From a virus (lineage: Duplodnaviria > Caudoviricetes): 64,000 nt of DNA. Location: IMG/VR virus record IMGVR_UViG_3300009082_000959; one strand, given 5' to 3'. Position numbers and translations under genes: made by a program. This document shows positions 36,970 through 47,067 of this stretch, piece after piece. Positions within the stretch are counted from its first letter, which is position 1, and each line of letters begins with the position of its first letter. The notes beneath the pieces were generated by a model. It made no database searches and was not told the origin of the DNA. It saw only the letters and a list, made by a program, of their open reading frames with translations.

Positions 36970-36983
36970 ATTAAGGAAATAAT

Positions 36984-37517
36984 ATGTCAAAGTTATCACA
37001 CCAAGGAACAAGTCAATCACAGGTTGCGCCAGCACCAAAAAATTATGTTGTTGAAAATGAAGATATTAACGAAAGGCTTTCACAGTTTGAGGAAGCAGAA
37101 CCAGTTGTTTTCAGAATGCCTCCTCCAAAACCAGTATCCAAGGATTTGGAAAAATTAATTTTTATAGGTCGTCTGACACAAATTGTAGAAATTGGCGACA
37201 CAAAGTTTGAAATAAGTTCATTGACAAATAAAGAATACAATCAAATATTGGAAACATTGTATAGATTTAAGGAAGCAAGTGACTTATTTAAAGTAAGAAT
37301 TGTTACGCTAGCAAATTGTTTAAGAAAAATAGATGGTGTTTCTTTGGACAATATTGAAATTGAGGGAAAATTTGAGGACGATTTTCACAAACGCATTTCC
37401 GTAATAGACAACCTACAATTACTGGTTGTTGAAAAACTTTATGCTGCCTATGAAAAACTAGTAGCAGCGAAAGAAGAAAAGGAAGCTGGTGCAGAGAAAG
37501 AACTAAAAAACTCGTAA
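36984..37517 (+). CDS. Tail assembly chaperone (lambda gpG-like)
   Basis: Lies between tube and tape measure and ends in a slippery site. Confidence 0.85.
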   Translation: MSKLSHQGTSQSQVAPAPKNYVVENEDINERLSQFEEAEPVVFRMPPPKPVSKDLEKLIFIGRLTQIVEIGDTKFEISSLTNKEYNQILETLYRFKEASDLFKVRIVTLANCLRKIDGVSLDNIEIEGKFEDDFHKRISVIDNLQLLVVEKLYAAYEKLVAAKEEKEAGAEKELKNS

Positions 37518-37538
37518 AGGAGCCCTGGCACAGGCTCC
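37505..37538 (+). other. Programmed -1 ribosomal frameshift signal
   Basis: A AAA AAC heptamer (37505-37511) in the correct phase, 7-nt spacer, hairpin GGAGCC/GGCTCC (37519-37538). The -1 frame is open into ORF 37556. Confidence 0.9.
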
Positions 37539-37930
37539 GCTGGAAATTATGCCAAATGTGGGGTGTGCCCGTTGACCACGAAATGTTTAATGATATCACT
37601 TCTTCTCAGTGGTTGTGGTATTATAATAATGTTGTAGAAGACAATAAAGAGTCTTTCGAACATCACAGGGATATGGTTGAGTATTTGGCTAGTTTTATGG
37701 AGCCAGAAGCCGTTAGAAAGATTAAAGAGTCAAGAGAAAATGCCGTCTTGGTTCCAGAAGAAGAGTTTGTTAAGGGTATTGAAAGCATATTTGGTAGAAA
37801 GATTAATTTACCCAGCGAAAAAAGAGGATCTTCTGTGAAAAGCACAAATCCAGAGTCTGCAATTAAAAATTTTAAAAACCCAATAAAAAACATAAACGCT
37901 AAATATTGGGTTGATTTTGATTTGGAATAA
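37511..37930 (+). CDS. Frameshifted C-terminal extension of the chaperone (gpGT-like, fusion about 315 aa)
   Basis: The -1 frame reads LVKEPWHRLRWKLCQMWGVPVDH... without a stop. The tracked ATG 37556 is probably internal. Confidence 0.85.
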   Translation, partial: LVKEPWHRLRWKLCQMWGVPVDHEMFNDITSSQWLWYYNNVVEDNKESFEHHRDMVEYLASFMEPEAVRKIKESRENAVLVPEEEFVKGIESIFGRKINLPSEKRGSSVKSTNPESAIKNFKNPIKNINAKYWVDFDLE

Positions 37931-37933
37931 AAT

Positions 37934-40474
37934 ATGTCTGAACTTGACGAACTTAATGAACAAGTAGATGATGTAGGCCAGAAATTGGAAAACCCCCTTG
38001 AGTTAAAGATAAAAACTCCTGAGCCTGGTTTCTTGGATGGTTTACTAGAAAAACTTGAAATGGCCAAGAGTGGTCTTAAAAACATGTTTTATGGTTCAGA
38101 AGAAGCATCAAGAGGTGTGTCTAGTCTTTCTGGGTCTTTGTCGGCCAGTTTTGAGCCGATGGAAAAGACACTTACAAATGTTAAGAAAGAAGTGAAATTA
38201 ATTAAAGAGCAGGTTCTGGAGGCCAAAAAGAGCATAGGTTCTGATAGCGATGGTACTGCCTCTGGACTATCATCGCACCTGAAGCACATGATGGAATCTG
38301 CCAAGAAAATGGTAGGGCCGGGAACTGCAATCGCGGCCCAAACAACAATGAAGTCTGGGTTTCAAAAAGTAGATGATACAACTGGTGTTTTTTCAAAAGT
38401 ACAAAAGCCCGTTATGGATATTCAAAAAGCCGCTATGCAAATGCAACTGGCCATGGGTAAATCATTTGACTCGGCTATTAAAAATGTAGGCGCCTTTAGA
38501 AACGAATTTACCAACGCCATGGTTGATACTAAATCCACCATGGAAGACGTCACAAAGACACAGGCGGCCTTCAGAGACGTTTTTAGCGCCGATGATGCAG
38601 TGAGACGCCTTGTGTCTCTGGAAAAGGCTACAAAGGACGTCAGAGCGAGTACAACGCTAACCACGACAGCTCTTTTGGTGGGGGCCGCCAAGGGAGTTGA
38701 TTCTGCAAAAATAGCAGAGATGATGTCAAAGGCGCACTTCGAGTTGGGAGCCACAGCAGAAGAAGCAGCCGAATCAATGGGAGATATAGCTCTTGCCTCA
38801 GAAAAGTCTGGTTTAAGTTTTAGTAAATCGGCTGGAGCAATTATGGATAATGCCTCAAAGCTTGCCATGTGGGGTGGAACGATTAAAACCGTTGCTCCTC
38901 TTTTGCAGGCTTTTACTTCTGCTCTTGGAGACAACCGAAAAGGTCTAGCTCCAAAGTTGCTAGAGGAATATGTTGGCGGGTTGGAGCGAATGGGATTTGA
39001 AATGCGGGCGCTCACAGGGATATCCACTGGTGTTGGTGGAGGAAAGGGGGCAATTGGTGCTGGTTTAGAGATGGAAGCACTTTTAGATAAGGGTGCCGAA
39101 GGTATGGCCGAAGTTTCTCAAAGATTAATCGACACAATAAAACAATTTTCTGGTGGAGAAATTATTACACGAGAGCAAGCAATAGCGGACCCAGCATTAG
39201 AACAAAACTTTTTGATACAAAGAAAACTATTGCAACAAATGACAAATAGCAGCGATAGTAGTGCAACCAGAATGATAGGTATTCTTAAAAATATCGATGC
39301 GAACGGCCTTGATGTCGGTGATCCTAGCGATGCATTATCAGAATTACAAGAGACCATGGGGCAAGGCCAAAGAGTTAAAGACTCAACTACCGATAGTTTG
39401 ACTGCACAGGTTATTAATTTAAATGCCACACAAATAGAATCTGGAGAAAAAATAGTTGCAGAGTTAAGCACGTTGGTATCATTGGGGCAAGAAATGGTTA
39501 GTGCCGGTTTGTATGCCTCCGAAAGAATGGCTAAAACAGGAACCATTACAACACAGGATATAAGAACCACTGGAAAACTTGCTGGTGCAGAAAAATTAAC
39601 CGATAAACTAGTTGATGCAGTAACAAAGTCGCTTGGAATTGGCGAAGCTGGTGGCAAAAGAGAGGAAGTCAAGACAAGACTAGAGGTCGAAACCGGTATA
39701 AAGGCAGGAAGAGAGAACTCAAGAGACATTACCAATGTTGCAGTAAGAGAGTTGCTAGTAAAGAGCGAAAAACCTAATAATTTGAGCGACGAACAGAAAC
39801 AAAGACTAGAAAGCACTGGAGAAATCCCCGTCAAAGAATTTGCCGAACCAATATTAAAAAAAGCCATAATGGAACTTAGTAAGTCAATTACAGAGGTTGG
39901 TGGCGGCCAGGCTAGAGAAAAACTAAGCAACATGAAAAAGGCAGAAATTGCGGTAATGGAAGAACGAATGGCTAGCTTAACCGACCTACTGAAACAGGAA
40001 TATATTTTACCAGAACAACTCGGTATAAAAAAGCAGAAGCAACCGTTACCAAAAGAACTAAACACTACACCAGTTAATACAGAACAATCTAGGGCAAACA
40101 CACTGCCACCAAAAGAACCAAAAACACCTGAACCTACCAATACACCGTCAGCGGCAGCAGCAGCACAACTAATTAACAGCCAGCAGCCCACTACAGCAAG
40201 AGGCACAGTTGAATCTGGTGGAGCATTGACGGCACCACGAACAACTACTGCTGATGTGCGAGCCGTTCAGGCGTCTGTGTCTGGTAACAAGTCTACTACA
40301 TCTGAAAAAATTACACAGGATATAGTATTGAATGCTAAAATAAATCCGGTTGGTGATGGTATTTTTAAGTTTGAATTAAGTCCAGAGAAATTAGATGCAA
40401 CACTTAAAAACAGCGAAGAGTTGAAAAGGGTTGTTGGCGCCGAAGTAAGAAGAGAGAAACTGAAAAACGACTAA
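37934..40474 (+). CDS. Tape measure protein
   Basis: Follows the chaperone pair. Long Ala/Gly/Leu-rich helical protein with a Pro/Thr-rich C-terminal linker. Confidence 0.85.
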   Translation: MSELDELNEQVDDVGQKLENPLELKIKTPEPGFLDGLLEKLEMAKSGLKNMFYGSEEASRGVSSLSGSLSASFEPMEKTLTNVKKEVKLIKEQVLEAKKSIGSDSDGTASGLSSHLKHMMESAKKMVGPGTAIAAQTTMKSGFQKVDDTTGVFSKVQKPVMDIQKAAMQMQLAMGKSFDSAIKNVGAFRNEFTNAMVDTKSTMEDVTKTQAAFRDVFSADDAVRRLVSLEKATKDVRASTTLTTTALLVGAAKGVDSAKIAEMMSKAHFELGATAEEAAESMGDIALASEKSGLSFSKSAGAIMDNASKLAMWGGTIKTVAPLLQAFTSALGDNRKGLAPKLLEEYVGGLERMGFEMRALTGISTGVGGGKGAIGAGLEMEALLDKGAEGMAEVSQRLIDTIKQFSGGEIITREQAIADPALEQNFLIQRKLLQQMTNSSDSSATRMIGILKNIDANGLDVGDPSDALSELQETMGQGQRVKDSTTDSLTAQVINLNATQIESGEKIVAELSTLVSLGQEMVSAGLYASERMAKTGTITTQDIRTTGKLAGAEKLTDKLVDAVTKSLGIGEAGGKREEVKTRLEVETGIKAGRENSRDITNVAVRELLVKSEKPNNLSDEQKQRLESTGEIPVKEFAEPILKKAIMELSKSITEVGGGQAREKLSNMKKAEIAVMEERMASLTDLLKQEYILPEQLGIKKQKQPLPKELNTTPVNTEQSRANTLPPKEPKTPEPTNTPSAAAAAQLINSQQPTTARGTVESGGALTAPRTTTADVRAVQASVSGNKSTTSEKITQDIVLNAKINPVGDGIFKFELSPEKLDATLKNSEELKRVVGAEVRREKLKND

Positions 40475-40495
40475 ACATGGTAATTTGGAGCCCTT

Positions 40496-41410
40496 ATGGC
40501 AATTGAACAGGACATAAAGGATTTTGGAGAAAATATTGGTCATTTTGCAAGTGACAATGAGGATGCACTTGGGCAATTGCGTCAGATGCTCGACACTCCG
40601 CCTAACACACGGCTTGGCCATGGAATAACCAATAGAAATCAGCAGGTAATGACTTGGCGCCTTCCAAATGGCAGCACGGTCCAAATGTATATTAACCCAG
40701 AAAGTTTTGTTGTGGCGGAAAGCAAACAAATACAAGCAACCAGAACAAAGGGTGGTTTTGTAGTTCAGTACTGGGGAGATAATCTTACAAAACTAACATT
40801 AAGTGGGACCACGGGATCGTCTGGTGTTCGTGGAATTCAAGTATTAAGAGATGTATATCGCGCGGAAAATAATGCTTTTGAGATTATCGCTGCTGGGCAA
40901 CAAAATGACATAATAAATATGGTCACTGAGTCACAAGAACTATCTAATGCGGATTTAGCAACAGTATTTTATGGTTTAGCGCAACAAAATAGGGAAGGTA
41001 ATTTCATTCTACGCCCGTCATTGGCTGCACTTGCTTTAAGTGTTTCTTTATTTTATCAAGGCGTTCAGTATCGTGGTTTTTTTAATGATATATCTGTCAC
41101 GGAAAGTATTGACAAACTGGGACTATTTAACTATAGTATTAATTTTACGGCAACAGAAACAAGAGGCAGCAGGAAAAACTTTATGGCATGGCACAAGGAA
41201 CCTTTAAGTTCGGATATTGCTGGCCAACTAATATCTGGAACAATTAATGCTGTTGGCAATACTTTGCGTGGTTTATTTGGCCTTCCAAATCAAGCACAAA
41301 ACCCAACACAGTTCCATCCTGAAAATGCTCCACTTTCTTTTGGTGGTTCAACTTCATTAAGTGCTTCTTTGGGAATAACACAGGGCAGTGGAAACATTGC
41401 TCCAAGGTAA
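40496..41410 (+). CDS. Tail tube initiator / baseplate tube-like protein
   Basis: MYINPES...TRTKGGFVVQYWGDNLTKLTLSGTTG and YRGFFNDISVTES..FNYSINF tube-like fold, located after the tape measure. Confidence 0.7.
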   Translation: MAIEQDIKDFGENIGHFASDNEDALGQLRQMLDTPPNTRLGHGITNRNQQVMTWRLPNGSTVQMYINPESFVVAESKQIQATRTKGGFVVQYWGDNLTKLTLSGTTGSSGVRGIQVLRDVYRAENNAFEIIAAGQQNDIINMVTESQELSNADLATVFYGLAQQNREGNFILRPSLAALALSVSLFYQGVQYRGFFNDISVTESIDKLGLFNYSINFTATETRGSRKNFMAWHKEPLSSDIAGQLISGTINAVGNTLRGLFGLPNQAQNPTQFHPENAPLSFGGSTSLSASLGITQGSGNIAPR

Positions 41411-41415
41411 ATAAA

Positions 41416-42336
41416 ATGAAGGTTTGTACTAAATGCAAAGAAGAAAAAGATGAATCAATGTTTGGTAAAAACAAAACAAACAAAGACGGCCTAAACTGTT
41501 GGTGCAAAGTTTGTACAAAACAACACAGAGAAGTAAATAGGGAAAAAATAGCAGAGTACAAAAAACAATACAGCGAAAATAACAAAGAAAAAATTGCAGC
41601 ACACAAAAAACTATATTACGAGAACAACAAGGAAAAAATTGCAGAGCGAGGAAAACAATATCGTGAAGAAAATAAAGACACTATTTCAGAAAAGAAAAAG
41701 AAATATCAAAAAGAAAACAATGAAAAAATAAAAGAATACTCGAAGAAATATTACAAAAACAATAGGGATTCAATTTTAGAATGTCGTAAACAATATCGCA
41801 AGGATAATAAAGAACAAATACGCGAGTACAAAAAAGAGTATCGCAGAAATCACAAGAAGAGCATTTTATTAAGAGACAGGAACTATCGCGACAGCCACAA
41901 AAAAGAGGCAGTAATATACCAAAAGCAATATCGTGCATCAAACAAGCAACATGCCAAAGAGTATCAAGAAAAATATCACAAGCTTAATGGCAAAAAGATC
42001 GCAACATACTGTAGAGAACGACGGTTAAGCGACACCTCCTTTAAGATTTGTTGCAACCTGAGATCTAGATTGAATACGGCATTAAAACAAAACTATAAAT
42101 CTGGGTCTGCAGTTAGAGACTTGGGATGCTCTATTGGAGAACTAAAACTGTACCTTTCTTCTAAATTTCAACCAGGAATGACCTGGGAAAACTATGGTAA
42201 GTGGCATATAGATCACATCTTACCGCTTTCTAAATTTGATTTAACAGATAGAAATCAACTTCTTAAAGCCTGTCATTACACAAACCTACAACCGCTGTGG
42301 GCCAAAGACAATTTAAAGAAGGGAAATAGGACATAA
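41416..42336 (+). mobile_element. HNH-type (His-Me) putative homing endonuclease with Zn ribbon and 15-aa repeat stalk
   Basis: CTKC...CKVC, about 11 charged 15-aa repeats, WHIDHILP...CHYTNLQPLWAKDNLKKG. Confidence 0.85.
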
Positions 42337-42357
42337 TAACCGACTTCAAAGGAACAC

Positions 42358-45300
42358 ATGGCGATTATTTTTAGTAGTGGATCTGGCGCTGGCAATAATT
42401 CTGGTATTTTAGAATCCGCTTATGATGGGTTTGTAAAAGAAGCAAAAAACCAAATGGATAGTATATTTGGTTTTGTATCAAATGCAATTAGTGGAATAAA
42501 TCCGGCTCCGCCAGTAGAAAGTGTTTTTGTTGACTCTGGATTCACAAATGTTCCAGGAACAGCATTTAATGGCTCTAATATAGATAATTTAGATGATGTG
42601 CAAACCAGGAGAATTACCTCACAGGAACCGCAACTTACGGCGTACATTAGAAAACGCGCGTTCGGTGGTTTGTCCGACGAGAATGATAGCAGATTTATGG
42701 ATTCCGGCGAAAAATTATATCTTCGTGCCACCAAGATATTATTCGAAAAAAAGTGTAATCAAATTGGGTCTTACGAAGCACTGACCAAGGCTTCAAGACT
42801 GGTGTCCGATGATGCGCAACTAGATGCTGATAGAGTTCACCAGATAATAGAGCTAGCAGAAGCTTGGAAAAAATCTACACTAAAAAACCTAGATGATCGT
42901 ACATTTGCCGTACAACAAACTAGCCTCGATCAGGAAGCTATTGAAGATTTAGTAAAGCAGTATGGCGAGCTTAGGCGCGGAATTGAAGCATCTGTTGGGA
43001 AAATAGAAGAATTGCGTGAGCACCTTTACAAGAAACAGGCCAAATTACGCACCGCCACTAGTACAACATGGGTAATAGACCCAGACCAAAAAGATATATT
43101 TGGAATAGGTAGAGGAGCCGGTGTAATAGAGCTAACACTGATAAGTGATGTATCTACCGATCTCGGAATAGAAAATGACGATGGTAGTTTTACGCTCTCA
43201 ATAGAAGATCCATATAATTTAACAAAAATAACGAGCGATGATATTGAAGTTTCTCTGGCAGCAGCCTATGGTGAACAAAACAGTACATCAATCGGACAAA
43301 ATACATTACTGCTTGGCCCATCAACCATATTGGATTTGGCCAAAGAAAAAGAACAACGCCTTCGTAGTATTAGGGCAAATAGAGTCGCCTCAACATTCGG
43401 TTTTCCACTGTCCGCGGTTGGTAATTCTGCTGACGCTGAAATTATTTTCGAAATTAATGTATCTTCTCGCGCTGCTGATAAAGTTGTTGCTCATACCACT
43501 AGCATTGGAACAACATCTTTTAATAGAAGTAATTTTACTGTAGCTCTTTCTCAATTGCCAGCAGAACAACAGCTGACTATTACTGAGTATCAACTAGTAG
43601 ATGTGATATTTAGTTTGTTGGACCAGTATGTTAGTGCCGTTTTAAGGCTCAATAAAGAAATACTAGATACCAACGGTAAAGAAGATGTAAAGTATGCAAG
43701 AAGGCAATTGCGCACACATTATCTTGGAAAAAACATTGTCCAACCAATGGATAGTGTAAATATCTACATAAGGGGCAATACAACAAAACCAAACCAAGTC
43801 GTTGGGCCGCTCAGCTCTGTTTTAAATAGCTCTAAATTTGTTCAAGACTACTCAAAAGACCCAGATGCATCTGATGCCATTATGCGGGATGAAATGGTTC
43901 AGTTTGGAATAGATAAACTAATTTCACTTGATATTTATAAGGCTATCAGAACCGGTAGCTTTATGAGAAACGCAGGAACTCATGTTTTCGGGGGAGTTGT
44001 TTCTTCGGCAACAGAATTCTATAATGCCAGTAATGGGTCATACAAACTAAATATAAGTGGCCAAAGTAATTTGAAATGGCTAAACCTGTCTCGCGTAAAT
44101 ACCAAACCAAGTTTGAATCAACCAAAAGGTGTTTTGGAGGACCCACTAACACCCTTCAAGTTTGAAACAGACTCCTCGACCGGTCTTATAAAAAAGGGGT
44201 CAGTGTTTTTGGATGAAACAAATGAAAGGATTAAGGAAAAACTCTTATTGGATAAATTTGGGCTTTATAGAGGACAAACATCAACGCATGAGTCTCTAGC
44301 GCAAGACTATGAAACATTTGCCAATGATACAAAAATAATCTACAAGCATTGCCCGGGAATGGTTTATAAGTGGAAATCTGGTGTCATGGTTGCAACGCTT
44401 GATGCCAATTTGGGGACATCTTTGCAGGGTACGGAAAACGATATGGCCTACCTTAAGAGATTTGTTGGCGTAAATGTTGTTGAAACTCCTTTTGCTGGTC
44501 AGGATGCGGCAGACACAGTAAGTCTGTTAATTACTGGGTTTCCTTATAGTGCTCAAAGATTTTATGATAATGCCAAAAATGTAGGGACTTTTAGTGAAGC
44601 AGGAAGCAATGCTTCACCTAGCTACTTTCATTCATTTTTTGATATTACCCGAAGCACCAACAAAACACTTGGAAACTTTCGACCATTTCGTGCCGTTGAG
44701 ATGTCTGGACAATCACTGGTCACTCGCGCAGCAAAACTTAAATTACAAAACAATATTCGTGGTGGATATTCTTTGATTGAAAATCTTAGGTCGCAGTTGG
44801 CCCAGGCGTATGATAAATTAAACTCAGTATATTGCAGGCCAGCAATTCTTGGTCCAGTTCAATCAGATGATCCGGATGAAAGAGACAGGCAGATGGTCGT
44901 TTCTGGATTTGAAACAATAATACGAAATCTTAGGGACCAAATAGCAAAAGAAGAGGCTTCACTTATATCGGCAGAAAATGAAGCAAAGAAAAGCAACATA
45001 AAACTTAGTGCCAGTGATATTATATTGGGTTTAGATAGACTATCAAGCGGTGATGAAGGTGAGGCTTATGCTGAATTCAATAAAAAAATAATGACACAAA
45101 ATAGGCTGCAAAGATTTAGACCACAGTTTAATTGTAAATTTAATCTCGACCAAAATCTATTGATAATATCTGACAAATACGATAATGACCTGGACATACA
45201 ATCATTTGTACGCCGGTTAACACAACAACAAAATATTTTTGAGAGTGAATACAAGACACCAATAGAGATTTGCAGGGAAGTAGCAAAGACAATTGATTTT

Positions 45301-47064
45301 GAGTTATTTGCAGATTCTCAGGGTCACATTCAGTTTAGGCCGCCGCAATATAATAGAATACCGCTCTCGTTGCTGCTTAAGTTATTTGTTTTGAATAGAA
45401 ACAACAACACGCAATTATATCCAGACTTCATAACTGAAATGTTTAAGTCTCGATTAAGCACCACAAAAGATGATGAAGAAGTTTTAGAATGGCAAATTCA
45501 GATTGAGTCATTATCTTTGGGCAGAACCTATAAGCAGGACGCGGCGCTTGTTTCGGAAGTGATAAGTGGTCTTACCGAAGAAGAACTTGTTTCCGGACAG
45601 TATCTGAAAACCAATTCCAGCACAATCAACAAAATCCTATTGTCTGGAATTTCCCAGCTTATAGTTGGTTTGCGCAACAGGATAGAAGCAAAAACAGGAA
45701 GAACATCGAATCTGCAGGACATAGAGTACACTAAAAATTATGTTTACGAACTAAACAATCCTCAAAACCTACAAGTAAATTCCATGAGACTTAAGGTTGC
45801 CGATAGACTTAGGGCCCTTGTTGGAAAATTAGAACAAACAAAAGCATTACGATCCAAACTTGAAGCGCAAGAACCAATATACACGAAGGGGATTGGTAAT
45901 TTTTCTCGCGAAACATTTGATGAAATGATAGCCCCCTTTCAAGACCTAATACAGGATGATTACTATGATGTGCTGGGGCCTGGTTCGGCTAAACGATTTA
46001 TAATATATGACGATCAAATTATTAGTTCTTCTTTTACGGAGTCTGATGCAAATGCATTTTGCAGAGTCGATGTATATGGGGAAATAGATTTTATTGGTGA
46101 CAACAAAGGAAATATCGCTCCCGGTATTCCGTCTCTCTGGGCTGGAGCAACAGACTTTGATATGTGGAGACAGTATGGTTATAGGGCACTCGCAACAACC
46201 AGTAAACCTTTTCTAAAAAATGCAGCCGAACAGTGTGCGCCCTACGCTCTCTTTCTGCTTTCTAAGGCCAGAAGAGACATAGTAAAGGGAAGAGTTACAG
46301 TGTATGGTAATGAGTATTATCAAATAGGTGATGTAGTATATTTAAATTCCCGTGATTTGTTGTTTTATGTCACTAGCGTTAGACATCAGTTTTCTTACGA
46401 GAATGCTAGTTTTACTACAGAACTTGAACTTAGATACGGCCACGCTTTGGGAGAATATATACCAACACCACTTGATGTTATTGGAAAGACACTTATACGT
46501 AATCAGGTAGAGTTTAATGATATTCTTATTTCGCGTGAAACAGTAGACCCAGTTTCTGGCATTCATATTGGTATGGTTATTTTTGGGAATGCGGAATCAG
46601 AGGATGAGTTTAGAACTATGTTGTCTGACCCATACTCAAAATTTAATATATCTGAATTACAAAGATCTATTTTGTTGGCCAAAAATTATGTAAATAAGGA
46701 AGGATTTCCAAAGGTTGAAGTGAGAGGCTGGGTGACAAGCGATAACGACAAACCAATAGTTCAGAAAAGAATGGATAGTGTGATAAAATGGCTTAAATCT
46801 CCGCGTGGTTCCGCTGTGGTTGGAAGCACAAGCGACTACACCAAATTAGAAGAACAATATGAACAAGCAAAAATGGAAAATGAAAACATACATAACGAAG
46901 TTTTAAAGGGAAAGACAAACGAAATAACTCCCGTAAACCTTTTGTCTGCACCTCTAAGTGGTGATAACCTAAAATATTCAAGAATTCCAAGTGACGAAGT
47001 ATATAATGCTTCAGATAGAGCAGATCCAACTAATATAATAGAACTTGTTTTGATTCTGGGGTAA
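42358..47064 (+). CDS. Very large baseplate hub protein (T4 gp27 / phage late control D-like)
   Basis: ELFADSQGHIQFRPP and GRVTVYGNEYYQIGDVVYL...FYVTSVRHQFS...FTTELELRYG hub motifs, with large helical insertions. Confidence 0.75.
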   Translation: MAIIFSSGSGAGNNSGILESAYDGFVKEAKNQMDSIFGFVSNAISGINPAPPVESVFVDSGFTNVPGTAFNGSNIDNLDDVQTRRITSQEPQLTAYIRKRAFGGLSDENDSRFMDSGEKLYLRATKILFEKKCNQIGSYEALTKASRLVSDDAQLDADRVHQIIELAEAWKKSTLKNLDDRTFAVQQTSLDQEAIEDLVKQYGELRRGIEASVGKIEELREHLYKKQAKLRTATSTTWVIDPDQKDIFGIGRGAGVIELTLISDVSTDLGIENDDGSFTLSIEDPYNLTKITSDDIEVSLAAAYGEQNSTSIGQNTLLLGPSTILDLAKEKEQRLRSIRANRVASTFGFPLSAVGNSADAEIIFEINVSSRAADKVVAHTTSIGTTSFNRSNFTVALSQLPAEQQLTITEYQLVDVIFSLLDQYVSAVLRLNKEILDTNGKEDVKYARRQLRTHYLGKNIVQPMDSVNIYIRGNTTKPNQVVGPLSSVLNSSKFVQDYSKDPDASDAIMRDEMVQFGIDKLISLDIYKAIRTGSFMRNAGTHVFGGVVSSATEFYNASNGSYKLNISGQSNLKWLNLSRVNTKPSLNQPKGVLEDPLTPFKFETDSSTGLIKKGSVFLDETNERIKEKLLLDKFGLYRGQTSTHESLAQDYETFANDTKIIYKHCPGMVYKWKSGVMVATLDANLGTSLQGTENDMAYLKRFVGVNVVETPFAGQDAADTVSLLITGFPYSAQRFYDNAKNVGTFSEAGSNASPSYFHSFFDITRSTNKTLGNFRPFRAVEMSGQSLVTRAAKLKLQNNIRGGYSLIENLRSQLAQAYDKLNSVYCRPAILGPVQSDDPDERDRQMVVSGFETIIRNLRDQIAKEEASLISAENEAKKSNIKLSASDIILGLDRLSSGDEGEAYAEFNKKIMTQNRLQRFRPQFNCKFNLDQNLLIISDKYDNDLDIQSFVRRLTQQQNIFESEYKTPIEICREVAKTIDFELFADSQGHIQFRPPQYNRIPLSLLLKLFVLNRNNNTQLYPDFITEMFKSRLSTTKDDEEVLEWQIQIESLSLGRTYKQDAALVSEVISGLTEEELVSGQYLKTNSSTINKILLSGISQLIVGLRNRIEAKTGRTSNLQDIEYTKNYVYELNNPQNLQVNSMRLKVADRLRALVGKLEQTKALRSKLEAQEPIYTKGIGNFSRETFDEMIAPFQDLIQDDYYDVLGPGSAKRFIIYDDQIISSSFTESDANAFCRVDVYGEIDFIGDNKGNIAPGIPSLWAGATDFDMWRQYGYRALATTSKPFLKNAAEQCAPYALFLLSKARRDIVKGRVTVYGNEYYQIGDVVYLNSRDLLFYVTSVRHQFSYENASFTTELELRYGHALGEYIPTPLDVIGKTLIRNQVEFNDILISRETVDPVSGIHIGMVIFGNAESEDEFRTMLSDPYSKFNISELQRSILLAKNYVNKEGFPKVEVRGWVTSDNDKPIVQKRMDSVIKWLKSPRGSAVVGSTSDYTKLEEQYEQAKMENENIHNEVLKGKTNEITPVNLLSAPLSGDNLKYSRIPSDEVYNASDRADPTNIIELVLILG

Positions 47065-47067
47065 TCT

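Noticed and set aside
38422-40206. Long minus-strand ORFs (201 and 362 aa) opposite the tape measure gene, and the other antisense or nested ORFs in the track
   Set aside because: They are shadows of strongly coding + strand genes, with no RBS or recognisable motifs.
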